From contig JBDUDH010000052.1 in assembly GCA_040003015.1 (NCBI GenBank), forward strand, positions 1-39,684: 39,684 bases of DNA. The letters run 5' to 3'. How positions within the stretch are numbered: the first letter of the stretch is position 1; each line of letters begins with the position of its first letter. Of this stretch, positions 18,646 through 26,669 are shown piece after piece. A model generated the notes under the pieces. It saw only the letters and a program-made list of their open reading frames with translations. It was not told the origin of the DNA and searched no databases. The position numbers and the translations under genes are program-made. This DNA is from Verrucomicrobiota bacterium (GTDB lineage: Bacteria; Verrucomicrobiota; Verrucomicrobiia; Chthoniobacterales; UBA10450).

Positions 18646-19626
18646 ATGAGCGAGCGGACGAAAGACTACGATTACATCTTGCCAGATGAGCTGATCGCGC
18701 AACGTCCGCTGCCGCGGCGCGACGATTCCCGCATGATCGTGCTGCATCGCGAAAGCAAATCGATCGAGCATCGGAGATTCGGAGATTTGCCGGCGTTTGT
18801 CAGCCGCGGCGATTTGCTCGTACTCAACAATACGCGCGTTTTACCGGCGCGACGATTTTCTGATGACGGCAGGATTGAGTTTCTGTTCCTGGAAAAGCTC
18901 GCGCCGGCAAAGTGGAGATGTCTCGTCAAACCGGGCCGAAAAATGCGAGTCGGTGCGACGACGCGGATCGACGGCGCGCTTGTTCAAGTGGAGGAGATCT
19001 GCGCGGAAGGCGAGCGGATTATTTGTTTCGATCGCGAAATCGATCCGTTTCAAAAAGGCCGGATGCCGCTGCCTCCTTATCTGCATCGGGACGGCGATAC
19101 GGAAGACGATCTGCGTTATCAGACCGTGTTTGCCGATGTCGCCGGCGCCATCGCCGCGCCAACGGCTGGCTTGCATTTCACGCGAGAAATTCTCAGCCGG
19201 TTGCCGCACGTTTTTGTGACGTTGCACGTCGGGACCGGAACGTTTCGACCAGTGCAGTCGGAAAGATTAACCGGACACCAAATGCATGCAGAACATTTTG
19301 CGATCTCAGAAGAAGCCGCTGGGGCGATCAATCGCGCGCAACGGATCGTCGCTGTAGGCACGACGACAGTGCGCGTCCTGGAAGCGGCGGCGCGACGCGA
19401 TGGAAAACTTTTCGCCCAGGAAGGTGCGACCGCTCTCTTCATCCATCCGCCCTACGAGTTTCGTGAAGTGGATCGGCTCCTGACAAATTTTCATCTGCCG
19501 CGCTCGACCTTGCTCATGCTCGTGTGCGCGTTTGCCGGCCGGGAGTTTGTGCTCAAAGCCTATGCTGAGGCGGTGCGGAAAAGATACCGCTTTTACAGCT
19601 ATGGCGATTGCATGCTGATTTTGTAA
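18646..19626 (+). CDS. queA: S-adenosylmethionine:tRNA ribosyltransferase-isomerase
   Basis: YDYILPDELIAQRPL N-terminus, APTAGLHFT, VGTTTVR and SYGDCMLI C-terminus. Confidence 0.93.
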   Translation: MSERTKDYDYILPDELIAQRPLPRRDDSRMIVLHRESKSIEHRRFGDLPAFVSRGDLLVLNNTRVLPARRFSDDGRIEFLFLEKLAPAKWRCLVKPGRKMRVGATTRIDGALVQVEEICAEGERIICFDREIDPFQKGRMPLPPYLHRDGDTEDDLRYQTVFADVAGAIAAPTAGLHFTREILSRLPHVFVTLHVGTGTFRPVQSERLTGHQMHAEHFAISEEAAGAINRAQRIVAVGTTTVRVLEAAARRDGKLFAQEGATALFIHPPYEFREVDRLLTNFHLPRSTLLMLVCAFAGREFVLKAYAEAVRKRYRFYSYGDCMLIL

Positions 19627-19669
19627 CGAGGCTGGCAAGTCGAAACTACATTGTGTTACCGTTTGCTGG

Positions 19670-20062
19670 ATGGATTCAACCGAAAGCCCGAAAGGCGAGC
19701 TCGTCATCCGCACGATCGCGATGCCTGCGGACACAAACCCAAACGGCGATATTTTCGGCGGCTGGCTGATGTCGCAGATGGATTTAGGCAGCGGCATTCT
19801 CGCCTCGAAAACCGCCAAGACACGCGTCGTCACAGTCGCGGTGGAAGGAATGTCATTCCTCCATCCGGTGCGTGTAGGAGATACGGTGGCCTGTTACGCC
19901 TGGGTGGAAAAGATTGGACGCACCTCGATGATCATTCCCGTCGAAGTGTGGGTGCAGCGTTACATGCAGACCGAGCAGACGCGCGTCACCCGCGGCGTTT
20001 TTACCTGTGTCGCTGTGGATAATGAGGGAAAGCCAGTGCCAGTAAAACGCGACGCGGCTTGA
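19670..20062 (+). CDS. Acyl-CoA thioesterase, hotdog fold (YciA-like)
   Basis: 130 aa. The MPADTNPNGDIFGGWLMSQMD motif is typical of YciA/acyl-CoA thioester hydrolases. Confidence 0.85.
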   Translation: MDSTESPKGELVIRTIAMPADTNPNGDIFGGWLMSQMDLGSGILASKTAKTRVVTVAVEGMSFLHPVRVGDTVACYAWVEKIGRTSMIIPVEVWVQRYMQTEQTRVTRGVFTCVAVDNEGKPVPVKRDAA

Positions 20063-20235
20063 TTGGTTATGGCTCAAGAGGCGATGGTTCGGGGGCGGTA
20101 ACTGATTCCGGGCCCTGCGATGTCTCGAAATCGACCTGAGCGCCTGGGGTGCTGGGAAGGCATTTCCGGAGTATTCGATCTCGAGCTTTAATTGTTGCCG
20201 GGCACGCGTGCACCTCGAACGCCTCACATAATTTC

Positions 20236-20260
20236 GTGGACGTGTTGTCGTCCGCTTTTT
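20236..20260 (+). terminator. Rho-independent terminator-like hairpin with T5 tract
   Basis: GTGGACG (20236-20242) pairs with CGTCCGC (20249-20255). That gives a 7-bp stem with one G-T wobble and a 6-nt loop TGTTGT, followed by TTTTT at 20256-20260. It lies 174 nt downstream of the thioesterase stop. Confidence 0.45.
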
Positions 20261-20431
20261 GATACCCGGAAAAAGTAAGTCAGCGGAGAAATTGCAATAA
20301 GAGCGCGCGCAGTGATTTTCCTGAAAACAATCAGGAACCGTTGCAGGAGCCGGCACGGAGAGAAATCCGAGTCTGCAAGTCGCGAGAATTGCCGGCTTTG
20401 CAATTTCCGTTTGCGCCGTTAAGTGCAATCG

Positions 20432-21634
20432 ATGCCTGGGCTCGCCTACTTGTTTGAGCGTTTCCCTGCTTTCACACAGACATTTTGTTATCGCGAGGTC
20501 GCGGAACTCAATCGTCAGGGTGTCCACCCAAAAATCTTTTCAATTCGCAAGCCGACCGGCGAACCATCTCAGGCTTGGGACAGCGAGCTCGTTAGGCAAG
20601 TGCAATGCCTGCCTAACGAGGAAGGCCTGGTCAAAGAAGTCGGGCGATCGATTCGCAAAAGCAAGTTACCATCGTCTATTGTCTCCGCGATTGAAGAGTG
20701 GGGGAGACAGACCGATTTTTTGCGGCTCTATCAAGCGGCCTGGCTTGGACCGCGCCTGCAGGAACTCGGAATTCGGCGCGTCCATTCGCACTTCGCCGGC
20801 ATGGCGACGCGGACGCTCTACTGGGTAGAGCGATTTTTTGGAATTGATTTTAGCTTCACCGCGCACGCCAACGACATGTTTTCGCCGAAGGAATTCGCAG
20901 TAAATCTGGGCAAGCTCGTTGAAGCGGCCACCGTCGTTGTCAGCGTCAGCGATTTCGGCGTTCGCTTTCTGCAGGAACGGTTTCCGGAACACGCCGCAAA
21001 GTTTCACCGGATCTATAATGGAATCGATGTCGACAAATTTCGCCCGGCGGATTTTGCAGCTTCTGTACCATTGATCATTTCGATTGGACGATTGATTGAG
21101 AAGAAAGGGTTCGGCGATCTGATCGAAGCCTGCCGGTTGCTGAAAAGCCGCGGCTGCGATTTTCGCTGCGCAATTATCGGCGCGGGACCGCGCGAGCCGG
21201 AGTTGCGCAGACAAATTGGACTGTCGGGTCTGGCTGAAATTGTCTCGTTAGGCGGAGCGCTTCCGGAAAAAGAAATCGCGGAGCGACTCGCGGCGGCGAC
21301 GGTCTTTGCGCTTCCGTCCGTGCTCGAAAAAGGTGGAGGGATGGACAACCTGCCCACTGTGATCGCGGAAGCAATGGCAGCGGGATTGCCGGTCGTGGCA
21401 ACGCCGGTGGCGGGAATTCCGGAAATGGTCGAGGAGGGGAAAACCGGCTTTCTCGTCGCGGAACATCAGCCGGTTGCGCTCGCCGATGCGATCCAAGGAT
21501 TGCTCGGCGATATTTCGCTTGCGCGGGAGTTTGGAAAAAACGGTCGCGCGCGCACGCGCGAATTGTTTTCCATTGAGCAAAGCGCCCGGGAGCTGGCGGA
21601 ATTGTTTGCATCCCAAGAAGGTCCGCTTCCGTAG
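20432..21634 (+). CDS. Glycosyltransferase family 4 (GT-B fold, WcaL-like N-terminus)
   Basis: The C-terminal GT1/GT4 core includes GRLIEKKG, LPSV...E.....LPTVIAEAMAAGLPVVAT and EEGKTGFLV. The N-terminus YLFERFPAFTQTFCYREV resembles WcaL-type enzymes. The track start is GTG 20423; ATG 20432 is preferred. Confidence 0.8.
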   Translation: MPGLAYLFERFPAFTQTFCYREVAELNRQGVHPKIFSIRKPTGEPSQAWDSELVRQVQCLPNEEGLVKEVGRSIRKSKLPSSIVSAIEEWGRQTDFLRLYQAAWLGPRLQELGIRRVHSHFAGMATRTLYWVERFFGIDFSFTAHANDMFSPKEFAVNLGKLVEAATVVVSVSDFGVRFLQERFPEHAAKFHRIYNGIDVDKFRPADFAASVPLIISIGRLIEKKGFGDLIEACRLLKSRGCDFRCAIIGAGPREPELRRQIGLSGLAEIVSLGGALPEKEIAERLAAATVFALPSVLEKGGGMDNLPTVIAEAMAAGLPVVATPVAGIPEMVEEGKTGFLVAEHQPVALADAIQGLLGDISLAREFGKNGRARTRELFSIEQSARELAELFASQEGPLP

Positions 21635-21667
21635 CTTTAATTTCGTCTTGCACCGATCTCGTTAGAA

Positions 21668-22426
21668 ATGCGAAATGGAGCAATGAGTTTCAGCAAATCA
21701 GCCGCCTTGGCGGTCGCAGCGTTCTGCATTGCATCCGTCACTCCTTGTCTGGCGGAGAAATCTGACGGCGCGATGCAAACTTACAACCGACTCCTCGCCA
21801 AATACGTCACTGCTTCGGGAGCAAAATATTCGGAATGGAAGAGCAACGCCGCCGATATGCAGGCGCTCCAGAGCGTGGTGGACGCGATTGCGAACGAAAA
21901 AATATCCGGCTCTAATCAGAACGAAGCGCTCGCGGCTTACATCAACGCTTATAATGCGTGGATTCTGCACGAGGCGCTCGGGAAGTATCCGACAAAAAGC
22001 GTCAAGGACGTGCTCTTCACGTTCTTCACCGGCAAGCGCATTAAAGTCGCCGGTGAGGAGATGAGCTTCAATCATCTGGAGAAAGATGTGATCCGCTCGA
22101 AGTTCAGCGATCCGCGTGTCCACTTCGCGCTCAATTGTGCCAGCCGCAGTTGCCCGCCGCTCAACCCCGAAGCGTTTCGTCGTGACAAACTCGACGCGCA
22201 GCTTGAAAAACTGGCCCGGAGTTTTGTGAACTCCGAGAAAGGCGTCAATTATTCAGCGGAAAAGAAAAGCGCTGAGCTTTCCGCCATCTTTGACTGGTAT
22301 AAAGATGATTTCAAAGGCGAGGGCGGTCCGGTTGCCTTCATAAATAAGCGTCGCGAAACACCGTTGCCTAACGACACTAAGATCAGCTATCAGAAATACG
22401 ATTGGTCGCTGAACGAAGCGAAATAG
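21668..22426 (+). CDS. Exported DUF547-domain protein
   Basis: Signal peptide (SAALAVAAFCIASVTPCLAEK). The DUF547 core pattern AAYINAYNAWILHEAL ... RVHFALNCASRSCPPL is present. ATG 21683 is an alternative start. Confidence 0.75.
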   Translation: MRNGAMSFSKSAALAVAAFCIASVTPCLAEKSDGAMQTYNRLLAKYVTASGAKYSEWKSNAADMQALQSVVDAIANEKISGSNQNEALAAYINAYNAWILHEALGKYPTKSVKDVLFTFFTGKRIKVAGEEMSFNHLEKDVIRSKFSDPRVHFALNCASRSCPPLNPEAFRRDKLDAQLEKLARSFVNSEKGVNYSAEKKSAELSAIFDWYKDDFKGEGGPVAFINKRRETPLPNDTKISYQKYDWSLNEAK

Positions 22427-22427
22427 C

Positions 22428-23900
22428 ATGATCGGACGGAAGCGGACGATGGCGGACGCAAACGGGAATGACTTAAGCGTGGCCGCGCGATGGCGTGCGC
22501 GCTGGCACGGTTTCCTGCGTCCGGTTGACGAAGAAAAAGCCCGGGTGTTGCAGGAACGCTGGAGTTCCCTGCCAGCAGAGCTCCAGACCGACAATCAAAT
22601 TTCCGGCCGGCATCTGACTCATTGCGGGTTTACCCTCGGCGCGAGTTATTGCTCGTTTCATTGCACCCATTGTTATTTGCCGAAAAACGCGAACTCAGTT
22701 CCCATTCCTTCGCTCGCCCAAGTCAAAGAGCAGATCGACGCGAATCGGCGTTTTCAAGGTCCGGGTGGCGGATTGCAAATCACAGGTGGCGATGTTGCCG
22801 ATGCGTACTGGAAAGCAGGGCGCGCTGATGAACTGATAGAGATCGTGCGCTATGCGATCTCCGCCGGATCCATCCCGATGTTGATGACGCACGGACAAAC
22901 CTTGATCGAGCATCCGACTTTTCTAGAACGGCTCGTCGTGGAAGGAGGCTTGCGACAGATTTCTGTGCACGTCGATATGACGCAGGCCGGTCGTCATGGA
23001 TTTCCGATTGGGCGAATTAAAACTGAAGCCGATCTGCATCCGGTGCGTCAGTCCTTCACCGATCTCGCGTTGCGCGTGCGCGCAAAAACCGGTCGGCATC
23101 TCGAGTATGCGCTCAGCTTTACCGTCACTCGCAAGAATATCGACGATGTGCCGGAAGTGATTCGTTGGTATCTGGCCGATCCGCAGCGTACCCATATCTG
23201 GCGCATGATCAGCTTTCAACCCGAAGCAGATACCGGCAGAACGATTTTTTCCGAGCGACCGATTACGTCCGCGGACGTGTGGGAGAAAATTCGCGAAGGA
23301 GTCGGGCTGCCACTGCGACGCGACGTTTCGATTTTCGGTCACCCAGACTGCAATAGTTGGGCTTCGCTGCTCGTTGCGCGGCCTTCGGGGAAAATCCTTC
23401 CGCTGCTGCCCGACGATCCAAAGTTCGATGCACTCCTGGGCGAAGTCTTGCGGAAAATCGGCGGACTGTCTCTTGTAAGTGACGACGCAGGTACGCCGCC
23501 CTATCGTCTAGCCGGCGCCTTGTTCCAGCATCCACTTCTTGCCGCGCGACTCGTCTATCAGCTCGTTTGCTATTTCACTTCGAGAAAAGCGCCGCGGGAA
23601 ATTTTTCGATCGCTTCTTCGCGGCCGAGTCCACACCGTCGGGATTGGGATGCATAATTTCATGAGCGCGTCGCAAGTCGCGAATGCCGATCAGGACCCGG
23701 TGGTGCGTGCGCGCCTGGACTCCTGCGTTTTTAAAGGCGCAGTCAAGCGCAATGGCGAATGGAGGGCGGTGCCGATGTGCTCGATGAACCAGCAGACCTG
23801 GGCGGAAGTTTATGACGAGCGGTTACGTGATCCGGAGCTGCTGAAAAAACCGCAAGTCTTTGCGATGAAAGAGGACGCTTCCGAACTCGCTCCAGCCTAA
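22428..23900 (+). CDS. Radical SAM enzyme, large (490 aa), subfamily unassigned (possible MJ0619/Tes-like architecture)
   Basis: CX3CX2C motif YCSFHCTHCY (residues 75-82), a GG-type SAM motif QITGGDV, and later ISFQPEADTGR, GHPDCN and C-terminal DSCVF...AVPMCSMN cysteines that could bind an auxiliary cluster. The ATG lies 1 nt after the DUF547 stop (TAGCATG). Confidence 0.75.
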   Translation: MIGRKRTMADANGNDLSVAARWRARWHGFLRPVDEEKARVLQERWSSLPAELQTDNQISGRHLTHCGFTLGASYCSFHCTHCYLPKNANSVPIPSLAQVKEQIDANRRFQGPGGGLQITGGDVADAYWKAGRADELIEIVRYAISAGSIPMLMTHGQTLIEHPTFLERLVVEGGLRQISVHVDMTQAGRHGFPIGRIKTEADLHPVRQSFTDLALRVRAKTGRHLEYALSFTVTRKNIDDVPEVIRWYLADPQRTHIWRMISFQPEADTGRTIFSERPITSADVWEKIREGVGLPLRRDVSIFGHPDCNSWASLLVARPSGKILPLLPDDPKFDALLGEVLRKIGGLSLVSDDAGTPPYRLAGALFQHPLLAARLVYQLVCYFTSRKAPREIFRSLLRGRVHTVGIGMHNFMSASQVANADQDPVVRARLDSCVFKGAVKRNGEWRAVPMCSMNQQTWAEVYDERLRDPELLKKPQVFAMKEDASELAPA

Positions 23901-23919
23901 CACGGGCATCTTGCCTGTG
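23901..23919. terminator. Hairpin exactly filling the gap between convergent stop codons
   Basis: CACGGGCA-TCT-TGCCTGTG forms an 8-bp stem (one G-T pair) with a 3-nt loop. It occupies all 19 nt between the radical SAM TAA (23898-23900) and the opcA TAG (23920-23922). There is no U-tract on either side. Confidence 0.35.
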
Positions 23920-24984
23920 CTAAATGAGTTCGCGCACGCGATCGACTGCGCGCAGATAAACGCGATGCGGACCTCCGCGCATCAATTCTTCGCTCATCAA
24001 GCTGACCGAATCGTTCTTGCCGGCTGGAAGCAGCTGATGCATTCGCTCCTTGCCGACCGTTCCTGACGAAACTTCCAGCAAGTCAGAACCGGAGGCGTGG
24101 GCAACGCGAAATTCCAAACTGGCGGACGTCACCACACAACGGCTGATCGGTTCACCCACCGTTTCGATCAACTCGACCTCGAAAATTTTTGCAGCATCTT
24201 CAGTGCGCTTGAAGCGCAGCATTCCGGATTTGTCGGCCGTTCCTTCATCGTACCCGAGTTGGGCGGCGAGCCAGCCGGCGAGCAGGATCGCGGCCGAGCG
24301 ATATTCCGGCGCGTGTTCGATACGAGCGCGTTTCATTCCGTCGAGATGATGGTGCGAAGCAGGATGATCGAAAAATTGCGCTAATGCGAGGCGATGGTGG
24401 ACGAGGCGCGTCCAATTCAAATCGCAGAGCACGATCCGTTGCCGCGCTTCGGCTTGCGCCGTCTGGACCAGCCGAAGCTGAGTCTGAAAATCTCTCCACG
24501 TTTGACTGTCGTAGATCAATCGATCGACCCAGGCCCAAAGCTGCGGATCCATCGGATCGGGAAATTCATCCTGCCACCAAAGATAAAACGGCAGATCGGA
24601 ATCAAGCTGCGAGAAAACAATATTCGGCAACAAATTGACCGAGCGTCCTTCCAGGAGAAACGAAAGTTGTTCCGAACAAACCTGCTTGCTTCCGGCGCGA
24701 CTGACGTGGCAATGCGCGCTGATCCAGGCTTCGACGCGGTTTTCTTTTGCCGCCGAATTCGCACCGATCACGATCGCGCGGCACGCATGGTTCTCCGTGA
24801 TTCGCGAGATCAACTGGGTATTTTTCGGGAGCGATTCAGGCGTCTCGCTGTAAATTGCAAGATTGATGAGCGAGGCGCGCGTCATCGCGCCACCGCTCTC
24901 GGTCCAAAGCTTTTTTAACTCGCGATCGATCTCTCCGATCTCGACCGGCAGGCCAGCGGTAAAAGTTTCAGAGGTAGCGGGCAT
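23920..24984 (-). CDS. opcA: Glucose-6-phosphate dehydrogenase assembly protein OpcA
   Basis: 354-aa ORF 35 nt downstream of zwf on the same strand. The N-terminal region (IDRELKKLW...TRASLINLAIYSE) and the size fit OpcA. Confidence 0.75.
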   Translation of the reverse strand: MPATSETFTAGLPVEIGEIDRELKKLWTESGGAMTRASLINLAIYSETPESLPKNTQLISRITENHACRAIVIGANSAAKENRVEAWISAHCHVSRAGSKQVCSEQLSFLLEGRSVNLLPNIVFSQLDSDLPFYLWWQDEFPDPMDPQLWAWVDRLIYDSQTWRDFQTQLRLVQTAQAEARQRIVLCDLNWTRLVHHRLALAQFFDHPASHHHLDGMKRARIEHAPEYRSAAILLAGWLAAQLGYDEGTADKSGMLRFKRTEDAAKIFEVELIETVGEPISRCVVTSASLEFRVAHASGSDLLEVSSGTVGKERMHQLLPAGKNDSVSLMSEELMRGGPHRVYLRAVDRVRELI

Positions 24985-25019
24985 ATTCAGGTTGTCTTAG
25001 TTTGATCGGTGCGTTTCCT

Positions 25020-26567
25020 CTATAGCCGTCGCCAAGCGCGACCGTCGCGGGCGAGAAGCTCGTCCGCTTCGTCCGGGCCCCACGATCCCGCCGGGTGAGT
25101 AAACAATCCAGGAGCGTTTTCTTTGGCGGCCCAGGCGTGTTCGATCATGTCGATAAACGCCCACGCTTGCTCGACTTCATCGCGTCGCGCGAAGAGCGTG
25201 GCGTCGCCGCTCATGGCGTCGAGCAGCAGCCGTTCATAGGCTTCGGGACTCGCTTTGCCGAACGATGTGCCGTAATGAAAATCCATCTTCACCGGCTCGA
25301 TGCGAAAACTGGTGCCCGGCATTTTCGCCTGCATGCGGAGCGAAATTCCCTCATCGGGCTGAATCCGAATGACGAGAACGTTTTGATCGAGCGCTTGCGA
25401 CTCTTTGTTGAATAAAACAGAGGGCGCTTTTTTGAAATGGACGGAAATCTCGGTGCCGGATTTTGGCAAGCGTTTCCCAACGCGAACGTAGATGGGCACA
25501 TCGGCCCAACGCCAGTTATCGATCAGCAGACGGAGCGCGACGAAAGTTTCCGTTTGCGATTTCGGATTCACATTTTTTTCTTCGCGATACGCCGGAACCC
25601 GGTCGCCGCCGATCGCGCCGGCCGCGTACTGACCGCGCACCACGGATTTTACGATGTCCTTTTCCGCAAAGTGCCGAAGCGACCGCACGACCTTTACCTT
25701 TTCGTCGCGAATGCTGTCCGCCCCCAGATCGGTCGGCGGTTCCATCGCGACCAGACAAAGGAGCTGAAGTAAATGATTCTGCACCATGTCGCGCAACGCG
25801 CCCGCGCCCTCGTAGTAACCGGCGCGGCCCTCCACCCCGAGCGTTTCCGCGGCCGTGATTTGAACGTGATCAATATAACGCGTGTTCCAGAGCGGTTCGA
25901 AGATCGCGTTCGCGAATCGAAGCACGAGAATGTTTTGCGCGGTCTCTTTTCCGAGGAAGTGATCGATCCGGTAGGTTTGATCTTCGGAAAATGCGCTCAC
26001 CACAATTTGGTTTAAATGCTGCGCGGACTTGAGATCCGTGCCGAAAGGTTTTTCAACAATGACGCGCGCCCAGCTTCCTTCGCGCGCTTTACTTAAGCCG
26101 GCTTTTTTCAGGTTCTTCAGGATCGGCTCGAACTGATCCGGTGAGCAGGCGAAGTAAAAGAGGCGATTGCCGCGCGTGCCACATTCCTTATCCAGCTGGC
26201 CGAGGCGCTCGGTCAAACGTTCGTAACCTTTTTCATCGCCGAATTCGCTTGGGTGATAAAAAATCGATTTGGCGAAGCCATTCCAAAGTTCGTCGCGCAC
26301 AGTCTGGCGTGAAAATTTTCGCACGGCGGCCTCCATTTCCTTGCGAAATTCGTCGTCACTTTTAGGGCGGCGGGCGAAACCAATGATCGATACGGCCGGC
26401 GGAAGTTCGCCATCGGCGGCGATATTATAAATGGCGGGCACAAGCTTGCGCATGGTGAGATCGCCCGTCGCCCCGAAAATCACGAGCGCGCATGGTTGCG
26501 GCACCGTCCTTGTGGCCAAGCCTTCACGCAGCGGATTGGCCTGCGTTTGATCGCTAATTTTACTCAT
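25020..26567 (-). CDS. zwf: Glucose-6-phosphate 1-dehydrogenase
   Basis: NADP-binding IFGATGDLTMRKLVPAIYN, active-site RIDHFLGKE, EKPFG and the conserved C-terminal half. Confidence 0.95.
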   Translation of the reverse strand: MSKISDQTQANPLREGLATRTVPQPCALVIFGATGDLTMRKLVPAIYNIAADGELPPAVSIIGFARRPKSDDEFRKEMEAAVRKFSRQTVRDELWNGFAKSIFYHPSEFGDEKGYERLTERLGQLDKECGTRGNRLFYFACSPDQFEPILKNLKKAGLSKAREGSWARVIVEKPFGTDLKSAQHLNQIVVSAFSEDQTYRIDHFLGKETAQNILVLRFANAIFEPLWNTRYIDHVQITAAETLGVEGRAGYYEGAGALRDMVQNHLLQLLCLVAMEPPTDLGADSIRDEKVKVVRSLRHFAEKDIVKSVVRGQYAAGAIGGDRVPAYREEKNVNPKSQTETFVALRLLIDNWRWADVPIYVRVGKRLPKSGTEISVHFKKAPSVLFNKESQALDQNVLVIRIQPDEGISLRMQAKMPGTSFRIEPVKMDFHYGTSFGKASPEAYERLLLDAMSGDATLFARRDEVEQAWAFIDMIEHAWAAKENAPGLFTHPAGSWGPDEADELLARDGRAWRRL

Positions 26568-26669
26568 GATCGGAAAGTCTCCGCCAGAATTACGCAGGTC
26601 TCCGCACGTTAGATAAGATCACACTATCACCCGCCCGGGAAAATTTTTCCGTGGCCGATCGTCTGGCAA

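Noticed and set aside
19853-20527. 224-aa minus-strand ORF spanning the 369-bp intergenic region
   Set aside because: It overlaps the 3' end of the thioesterase gene and the 5' end of the GT4 gene. Its product is Arg/His/Ser-rich with no motifs or hydrophobic core pattern. The region is better explained as structured non-coding DNA.
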